From NCBI GenBank assembly GCA_965207975.1, contig OZ242315.1, positions 5,066,449 through 5,130,448 of the forward strand: a stretch of 64,000 nt of DNA. The letters are read 5' to 3'. This stretch comes from Candidatus Poribacteria bacterium. GTDB taxonomy: Bacteria; Poribacteria; WGA-4E; PCPOR2b. Made by a program: the position numbers and the translations under genes. This document shows, piece after piece, positions 58,601 to 64,000 of this stretch (position 1 is the stretch's first letter; each line of letters opens with the position of its first letter). A model generated the notes under the pieces. That model was not told the origin of the DNA and searched no databases. It saw nothing but the letters and a program-made list of their open reading frames with translations.

Positions 58601-59781
58601 TTTCAGGCTTAACCAACCTAACACGGTTGGGGCTTGCACACAACAACATCTCGGACCTCTCACCTCTAGCAAGATTAACCAACTTGGCAACATTGGGACT
58701 TCACGGCAACCGTATATCAGACCTCTCGCCTTTGGCTGGATTAACCAACTTGGCAAAGGTGGTGCTGCGGAGAAACCCCTTGAGCTACCAATCTATCCAC
58801 ACCCACATCCCCGACCTCCAAAGCAGAGGGGTTACGGTATACTTTGACAATCAAGCACATCCAGCACTTCTGAAAATCTCAGGCGATAACCAGAAAGGGA
58901 TAGCTTTCGCACCACTGTCTCAGCCATTTGTCGTTGAAGCACAAGACGCGAACGGCTCTGTGCTCGCAGGGATTTCGGTTACATTTGCCGTCACTGCGGG
59001 TGGTGGCATGCTCAACACCACAATCACAAGAACCGATGCCAACGGCAGAGCAGAGAGTACGCTCACACTGGGACCCAACCTAGGAACAAACACCGTCGAA
59101 GTGTCTGCCGCTGGAATTCGGGGGAAAGCCATCTTTAACGCTATCTCCGATACGGAAGCACCACCAATTACAGCGGATGTCAACAACGACGGAAACGTGA
59201 ATGTCTTGGATTTGGTCGTGATTGCATCTGAACTTGGAAATGCAGGGACCAATCTGGCAGTAGATGTTAACCGAGATGGGGCTGTCAATGTTCTGGATCT
59301 AATAATGGTTGCAGGTATGTTTGATAGCGCAGCAGCTGCACCTTCAGCACACCCACAAGTCTCTGAAACACTCATAACGGTAGAGGTTCACGGTTGGCTA
59401 ATCGACGCTAGGGCACTTGAGGTGAGAGATCCCATCATGAAACGGGGATTTCTGGTGCTTAAGCAGCTCTTGGTCTCCCTAACCCCAAAAGAGACAGAAC
59501 TGTTAGCAAACTATCCCAATCCTTTTAATCCTGAGACATGGATACCGTATCGGCTAGCAGAGGACGCTTTTGTCACCTTGACCATCTATGACGAAGCGGG
59601 GCGGGTTGTCCGTACACTTGAGGTTGGACATCGGATTGCAGCTGCCTACGAGAGTCGATCGCAGGCAATCTATTGGGACGGCAGAAACCAAGTCGGTGAG
59701 CAAGTGGCAAGCGGTGTCTACTTCTACCACCTGTCCGCGGGCGATTATTCCGCCACACGAAAAATGTTGATTCTCAAATAG
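55699..59781 (+). CDS. Giant secreted multidomain protein: WD40 propeller, HExxH metallopeptidase-like domain, Ig-like (Big-type) domain, LRR block, second Ig-like domain, dockerin-like pair, helical linker, T9SS-type CTD
   Basis: 1360 aa. Signal peptide. 7 WD40 units. ...SGLIHEMTHAFHEVLN... HExxH. ...GISVTFTVTTGNGTLSVLHTTTDENGRAKSTLTIGTNLGTNTVSVSATG... Ig-like domain, repeated later. LRRs (…LTNLTRLGLRENTISDISAL…). ADVNNDGNVNVLDLVVIASELG / DVNRDGAVNVLDLIMVAGMF. C-terminal CTD. Confidence 0.85.
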   Translation: MKKLRFWAFTLLLIFLLFLPMRVTTAQLIATLEGHTDNVWSVAFSPDGKTLASGSRDQTVRLWDVETEQLLHILTGHTNEVLNVAFSLDGKTLVSSDWDGTIRLWNPSTGKLKKTLTDHRGGVGSVVFSPDGKMLASGSADQTVRLWNTTTWQVERTLMGHTLVVDVVAFSPDGAMLASGSRDQTIRLWNPNTGKHIRTLTGHTSDVLRMTFSPDGGTLASGSLDSTIRLWNPNTGKLNRTLTNQGGWVNPVAFSLDGGTLAIGGQGIRLWDTATEKYKRPLIDDIGNAVSIVFSPDGQTVASGSADNLVRLLKSTPPEVPFATIPFDITNIPEPVPPPKEVRDFFDLDPFYQQWINVEGFPVLASEKVSPYALKEAAWQIYHISRHRPELLQIMTQRRIRFSIIAYNEVPSDIPEIGARPAPHFFVNVRNRAGNYTLARTVLDNEVSLLSRPISSGLIHEMTHAFHEVLNTIDTEFNNRLKATYDAALEKGLWRDYYAATHWGECFAEGAMSWFNATQFNAVNTREELKMYDPGLAILLTEVFGDSDWRYTLPETRTHLPHLQGFNPQLAPQQTEFPPGLLEAYNELLDPAIVETSEWVNLPPYHPSLIPMLNESTTGDSSYILFVNLSGAAVLVYWVRPDGTEIYTYRSSADPNQMFEFNIGVGRLLLVKDLDGRNLAVFQAVEKVGRARVAPTLHLITPGLSKISGDNQSSVPGAVLANPFVIEVRDENGSVLEGISVTFTVTTGNGTLSVLHTTTDENGRAKSTLTIGTNLGTNTVSVSATGIGETVAFNVVADAAVDIPDANLRATIETARGKAPGESITGADMAMLPKLDARNTGISDLTGLEHATNLTELLIGAEVVDNSWINSNWVSDLSPLVDLTNLTRLGLRENTISDISALGGLTNLTWLDLWENNIKDISALQGLTNLTELRLGGNKITDISPVAGFINLETLLLRDNNISDISAISGLTNLTRLGLAHNNISDLSPLARLTNLATLGLHGNRISDLSPLAGLTNLAKVVLRRNPLSYQSIHTHIPDLQSRGVTVYFDNQAHPALLKISGDNQKGIAFAPLSQPFVVEAQDANGSVLAGISVTFAVTAGGGMLNTTITRTDANGRAESTLTLGPNLGTNTVEVSAAGIRGKAIFNAISDTEAPPITADVNNDGNVNVLDLVVIASELGNAGTNLAVDVNRDGAVNVLDLIMVAGMFDSAAAAPSAHPQVSETLITVEVHGWLIDARALEVRDPIMKRGFLVLKQLLVSLTPKETELLANYPNPFNPETWIPYRLAEDAFVTLTIYDEAGRVVRTLEVGHRIAAAYESRSQAIYWDGRNQVGEQVASGVYFYHLSAGDYSATRKMLILK

Positions 59782-59790
59782 TCCGCCGCG

Positions 59791-60732
59791 TGTTATAATA
59801 ACGCAAGTTGCTAGTTGAATATCCATGGAATTTCCGTTAGAGTATTTGTGTCTCAAACAAAACTCTTAAAACAGGAGAATCCCATGGACTTAGTAATCGT
59901 AGCATTTTATACACTTTGTGACGATCTGTTAATTGAACACGGATATCAAGACGACCCACGAGCCAAAATGTCTGCCGCAGAAGTAATGACCACTGCCTTA
60001 GTCGCAGCAGAACTGTTCGGTGGCAATCAACAGATGGCACGGTGTCTACTCAAGGAGCAGGGATATATTCCCCATATGCTCAGTAAGGCACGATTCAATC
60101 GAAGACTCCATCAAATTGCACCGATGTTTCAGACACTTTTTGAATCACTTGCCACAGACTGTAAAGCACAAAACTCAGACCAACTCTATATCATCGACTC
60201 GTATCCCGTGCCAGTGTGTGATGTGATTCGCATCTCTAGTGCAAAACTTTATCAAGGGGAAGTCTGGCGCGGTAAGATAACCAGCAAACGGAGATACTTC
60301 TATGGACTCAAACTGCATCTGATGGTCACCGAAAGTGGCATACCGGTTGAGTTCTTCTTAACACCGGGCAGTTTTAGTGATGTTCGGGGGTTGCGGTGTT
60401 ATCCGTTTGATTTACCTCAAGGGGCAACCATTTATGCAGATAAAGCCTACTGCAATTATGGGATTGAAGATGCCTTAGCTGAAGCCGGTATCATGCTCAA
60501 ACCGTTGCGAAAAAAGAACAGCAAACGGCAATATCAAGCCCACGAAGTTTACATACACCATCACCACAGGAAGCGGATAGAGGTGACAAACAGTTTAATC
60601 ACCCAACGGCTACCCCGCTCTATTCATGCCGTCACTGCCGATGGGTTTGAGATTAAGATTATTTTGTTTCTCATTGCTACTATGATTACACTTATCATTA
60701 AATAAACACTAGCAACTTGCGTTATAATAACC
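59791..60732 (+). mobile_element. IS982-family insertion sequence with 24-bp terminal inverted repeats (one mismatch)
   Basis: IR-L tgttataataacgcaagttgctagt (59791-59815). IR-R reverse complement ggttattataacgcaagttgctagt (60709-60732). Encloses one DDE transposase ORF. Confidence 0.75.
59884..60705 (+). CDS. IS982-family DDE transposase
   Basis: ...LYIIDSYPVPVC...GLKLHLMVTESGIPVEF...IYADKAYCNYGIEDALAEAGIML...RKRIEVTNSL... is consistent with the DDE triad spacing of IS982 transposases. ATG 59884 has an AGGAGA RBS. Confidence 0.7.
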   Translation: MDLVIVAFYTLCDDLLIEHGYQDDPRAKMSAAEVMTTALVAAELFGGNQQMARCLLKEQGYIPHMLSKARFNRRLHQIAPMFQTLFESLATDCKAQNSDQLYIIDSYPVPVCDVIRISSAKLYQGEVWRGKITSKRRYFYGLKLHLMVTESGIPVEFFLTPGSFSDVRGLRCYPFDLPQGATIYADKAYCNYGIEDALAEAGIMLKPLRKKNSKRQYQAHEVYIHHHHRKRIEVTNSLITQRLPRSIHAVTADGFEIKIILFLIATMITLIIK

Positions 60733-60885
60733 TAAGTTGCTAGTTGTTGTTCTGGTGTTTGTCTAAATCGTGAAACGAAGCGTAATACGTAATGTGGGGG
60801 ATCGCAGATTCGGCAATCTGCGCCACGATTGACTACACGACTACTGGGATTCTATAACATAACCCAGGTGGTTAGAATCAGACAG

Positions 60886-60915
60886 AAACCGAGTTTTGAA
60901 GAAAAAACTCGGTTT
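60886..60915. repeat. Palindromic hairpin aaaccgagtttt-gaaga-aaaaactcggttt (same family as 9213, 24241, 28533, 7097)
   Basis: Inverted repeat seen directly. Confidence 0.5.
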
Positions 60916-61106
60916 ATAGTGCTTGGTTTATCAACTAGCAACTTGCGTTAAAATGAGCGTCAAGGAGAAACCTGAAAAATGGCTTTCACTGTAGAAGATT
61001 ACCGTGATTTGGTTCAGCTGCTGTCCGAACGTCCAGAATGACAATCGGAGTTACGGCAGCTGCTGCTTTTTGATGAACTGCTGATTTTACCGGAGACTTT
61101 AGAGCA

Positions 61107-61580
61107 TTGAGCGAGAACCAACTACAGAATAATATTGCATGGCTAGACGATTACCGTCTAGAGTTGTCCTATCGCAACAAGATTAATGGGTACTTTGGGT
61201 ATCTTATACGCCGGCTGAAGGTTGTCGATCTGTCCACGATTGATGAAGCGTTAGAGGTGCCCCTTGACCTTGGTGAATTTCGCGACGTTATTCTTTTAGA
61301 CTTGGTGGCTACCGGGCAATTGCGAGCATCTCCCGACCGTCCCGAAGTCTGGTTGGCAATAGAAATTTCGTCGGTGGTAGATAGCAATGATGTGGATCGT
61401 GCTTGGCGACGGGCGGAACTGATTCGGCGGGTGACACCGCTTGTTTTGCCCGTTGCTGCCGGAGAACGGGTGACATCTGGCGCCGAAACCGCTGTGCACG
61501 ATCAGAGTGTAGTCCTGATGACAGATGGACAGGCACAATTTTGGGATGCAGCTGTAGAAGCATGGATTCACCCTTCATAG
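61107..61580 (+). CDS. Hypothetical protein (TTG start), possible PD-(D/E)xK-like remnant
   Basis: 157-aa ORF with ...DLV...EVWLAIEIS..VD... Preceded in another frame by a short ORF (60961-61020) interrupted by two in-frame TGA codons. May be a decayed gene. Confidence 0.25.
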   Translation: MSENQLQNNIAWLDDYRLELSYRNKINGYFGYLIRRLKVVDLSTIDEALEVPLDLGEFRDVILLDLVATGQLRASPDRPEVWLAIEISSVVDSNDVDRAWRRAELIRRVTPLVLPVAAGERVTSGAETAVHDQSVVLMTDGQAQFWDAAVEAWIHPS

Positions 61581-61600
61581 AAATAGAAAGGAAAAACAGA

Positions 61601-64000
61601 ATGAACCCACCCGTCCCCGAACAGACCGGAACAATAACGCTCGACGGAGAGGAGGTCGCTTTCGCCGAGGGGGAGACCGTCTACGAGATCGCAGAGCGGC
61701 ATCGGAAGCAGGTCCCGACCCTCTGCTACGACCCCCGCCTCGAAGCGTTCGGTGGCTGTCGCCTCTGCGTCGTCGAACTGGAAGGTGCCCGAAACCCAGT
61801 AGCGTCCTGCACGACGAAGGCAACGCCCGGCATGGTTGTCCGAACAGCGACTGAAGATATTGAGAAATACCGAAAGACCCTGCTAGAGATGGTGGCCTCC
61901 GAAAACCGTGAACTCGATGTTGATTCCTTGCGCGGCTACGCGTCGCAGGAACTGACAACCCTCGTCAACCGCTACGAGGCACACACCGGACGATTCATCG
62001 GGGCTCAGTCAGGCACGAGCAATACGGACGATAAGAATCCCTTTATCCTACGCGATTATGATCTCTGCATCTCCTGTTACCGGTGCGTCCGCGTCTGTGC
62101 CGAGCAGGAGGGGGATTATGCCATAAGTGTCATGAATCGCGGTTTCCATACACAGATCACCACCGAGTTTAATGGCGAGCTGAGAGATTCCGCGTGCACT
62201 TTCTGCGGTCAATGCGTGCAGACCTGCCCGACCGGTGCCCTCGCCGACAAGAAGGCGATGCGTGCAGTTGATCGACCGGGCGAAATCGAGAAAACCCGCA
62301 CCATCTGCCCCTACTGCGGTGTCGGCTGCTCAATTGATCTCCTGACCAAAGAAGATCGGATCGTCGGCATCCACCCAGCGATGGACGGTCCGGCAAACGA
62401 GGGCGCCCTCTGCGTCAAGGGTCAGTTCGCGTTCGACTTCGTGCATCACCCCGACCGGCTGACAACCCCACTCGTTCGCGGCGAGGACGGTGAGCTCCAC
62501 GAAGCAAGCTGGAACGAAGCACTCAATCGCGCAGCCGAAGGCTTCCGTCAGGTGAGCGAGAAACATGGTAGACACAGCATCTACGGTGTCGCCTCCGGTC
62601 GCGCACCGAGCGAAGCAGCATATCTCATGCAGAAATTTATCCGCGTCGGCTTCGGCACAAACTACATCGACAACTGTAGCCGTGCCTGACACGCCCCAAC
62701 GGTTGCCGGTCTGGCAGCCACAATCGGACGCGGTGCGATGTCGAACCCACTGGTCGATATGGAAAAGCCCGATGTGATCTTCTGCATCGGAACAAACATG
62801 ACCGAATGCCACCCCGTCGCAGCGACACGTCTCAAAAAGGCGATCGCAGGGGGAGCAAAACTAATTGTCGCCGATCCGCGACGCATCGGTCTCGCAGAGA
62901 TGTCGGATCTCTATCTACCGCTTCGGGTCGGTTCGGATGTAGCGTTACTTCTCGGAATGGCGCACGTCATCGCCCGTGAAGGACTCATCGATCGAGATTT
63001 CATCGAGAATCGGACGACAGAGAGCGATGCCTTCCTCGAACACCTCGTCGAATTTACGCCGACATGGGCGGAAGAAATTTCAGGAGTGCCCGCGAAGGAT
63101 ATCGAGACCGCTGCAATGTGGTACGGCGAATCGAAAAAAGCCGCAATCTACTATACACTCGGCATCACCGAGCATATCTGCGGTGTCGATAATGTGCAGA
63201 GCCTCTGCAACCTCGCCCTCATGACCGGCAACATTGGGCGCGAAGGCACCGGCATCAACCCGATGCGCGGTCAGAATAATATTCAGGGCGCAGGGGATAG
63301 CGGCGCACTCCCGAACAACTATCCCGGCTTCCAACCCGTCATAGACCCCGTGAACCAAGCCAAGTTCAAGGAGCTCTACGGCAGAGAGGTTGACATTGAT
63401 AAGGGGATTACCAAAGTCACCGCGCTTGACCTCTGTGGGAACGAAATCCGAGCCATGCTGATCGATGGCGAAAACACGCTACTCTCCGATCCAGATCGTG
63501 TACATTGCGAACACGCCTTGCGGAGTCTCGATCACCTCGTCGTCATCGACATCTTTCTGACCGACACCGCCGAACTTGCCGATGTCGTGCTGCCCGCAAC
63601 CGCCTTCGGCGAAACGGACGGTGTCTGCACAAACACCGAGCGGCGCGTCCAACGTCTGCGTGCAGCCGTACCCCCGCCGGGGCAAGCCAAACCCGATTGG
63701 TGGATCATCTGCCAACTCGCCCAACGTCTCGGCTTGATGGGATTCGACTTCGGGGAACCGAAAGCGGTCTTCGACGAACTGTGCAGCGTCTCGCCGATCT
63801 ACGCGGGTCTCGATTGGGATCGCATCGAAAAGAGCGAGTATCAATGGCCCGTGCCGGACAAAGATCATCCCGGCACCCCTCGACTGCACGAAGAGGAGTT
63901 TGTGAACGGGCGCGGAATCTTTTCAATTGTGCGTTACCGAGATCCAGCAGAGACCATCAGCGACGATTTTCCCGTCTGGTTGACTACCGGGCGCAGGCTC
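61601..64000 (+). CDS. fdhA: Formate dehydrogenase alpha subunit (NuoG-like Fe-S N-terminus fused to a molybdopterin oxidoreductase), selenocysteine-containing; 3' end beyond window
   Basis: MNPPVPEQTGTITLDGEEVAFAEGETV... is a 2Fe-2S ferredoxin-like start. Cys clusters CISCYRCVRVC, CTFCGQCVQTCPTG, CPYCGVGCS follow. Reading continues in frame through TGA at 62687-62689 (…NYIDNCSRA-U-HAPTVAGLAATIGRGAMS…), the canonical Sec position of FdhF/FdhA. Downstream ...GITEHICGVDNV...NPMRGQNNIQGAGD... are molybdopterin-enzyme motifs. RBS AAGGA before ATG 61601. Confidence 0.8.
62687..62689 (+). other. In-frame UGA, inferred selenocysteine codon of the formate dehydrogenase
   Basis: Position is homologous to the CxRVU-HGPSV active-site Sec of FdhF-type enzymes. 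The ORF is otherwise continuous for about 800 codons. Confidence 0.7.
62701..62719 (+). other. Candidate bacterial SECIS upper stem-loop (ggttgcc-ggtct-ggcagcc), 11 nt downstream of the UGA
   Basis: 7-bp stem (one G-U pair) with a 5-nt loop at the canonical distance from UGA. Seen directly; not folded computationally. Confidence 0.45.

Noticed and set aside
61403-61600. Longer N-terminal extension of the formate dehydrogenase (ORF track start 61403)
   Set aside because: The extension is Cys/Arg-rich low-complexity sequence that overlaps another ORF. ATG 61601 has an RBS and begins the conserved 2Fe-2S domain.

Overview
This 64-kb window is bacterial, gene-dense and repeat-rich. It looks like an uncultivated, possibly host-associated lineage; taxonomy cannot be fixed from sequence alone. 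It has five main content blocks. (1) Bases 1-11.5 kb hold a tandem array of nine paralogous genes on the minus strand. Each encodes a small secreted TolB-like PD40 beta-propeller with a near-identical signal peptide, a near-identical C-terminal tail, and DNA-level conserved 5' and 3' UTRs. The array is interrupted by a divergently oriented SgrR-family regulator (HTH fused to a solute-binding domain). I consider this array the most likely undescribed system. (2) Bases 11.5-22 kb carry metabolic genes: a Zn-ADH, an unknown 531-aa protein, a TPP enzyme, a PIG-L deacetylase, CstA and GGT. (3) Bases 22.5-28 kb form a small defence-like islet with a PD-(D/E)xK nuclease-like protein, a HAD hydrolase, an orphan HicB antitoxin and a 1035-aa MmeI-like single-chain restriction-modification enzyme. 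(4) Bases 28-43.6 kb carry housekeeping genes (RidA, FabV, two MazG, an epimerase), a four-gene envelope-stress operon (DUF2089 Zn-ribbon/HTH plus three toast-rack proteins), and a spondin_N protein with a T9SS-type C-terminal sorting domain. (5) Bases 44-60 kb hold four secreted repeat proteins (two WD40, one LRR, one 1360-aa WD40+HExxH+Ig+LRR giant), all built on a shared C-terminal cassette of a dockerin-like pair, a helical linker and a T9SS-type CTD. An IS982-family element with 24-bp terminal inverted repeats sits immediately downstream of the giant gene. The window ends with a selenocysteine-containing formate dehydrogenase alpha subunit: an in-frame TGA with a candidate SECIS hairpin 11 nt downstream. 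Nearly every intergenic region carries members of several short interspersed repeat families, including GTAGG-headed REP-like palindromes. No CRISPR array, rRNA or convincing tRNA was found.
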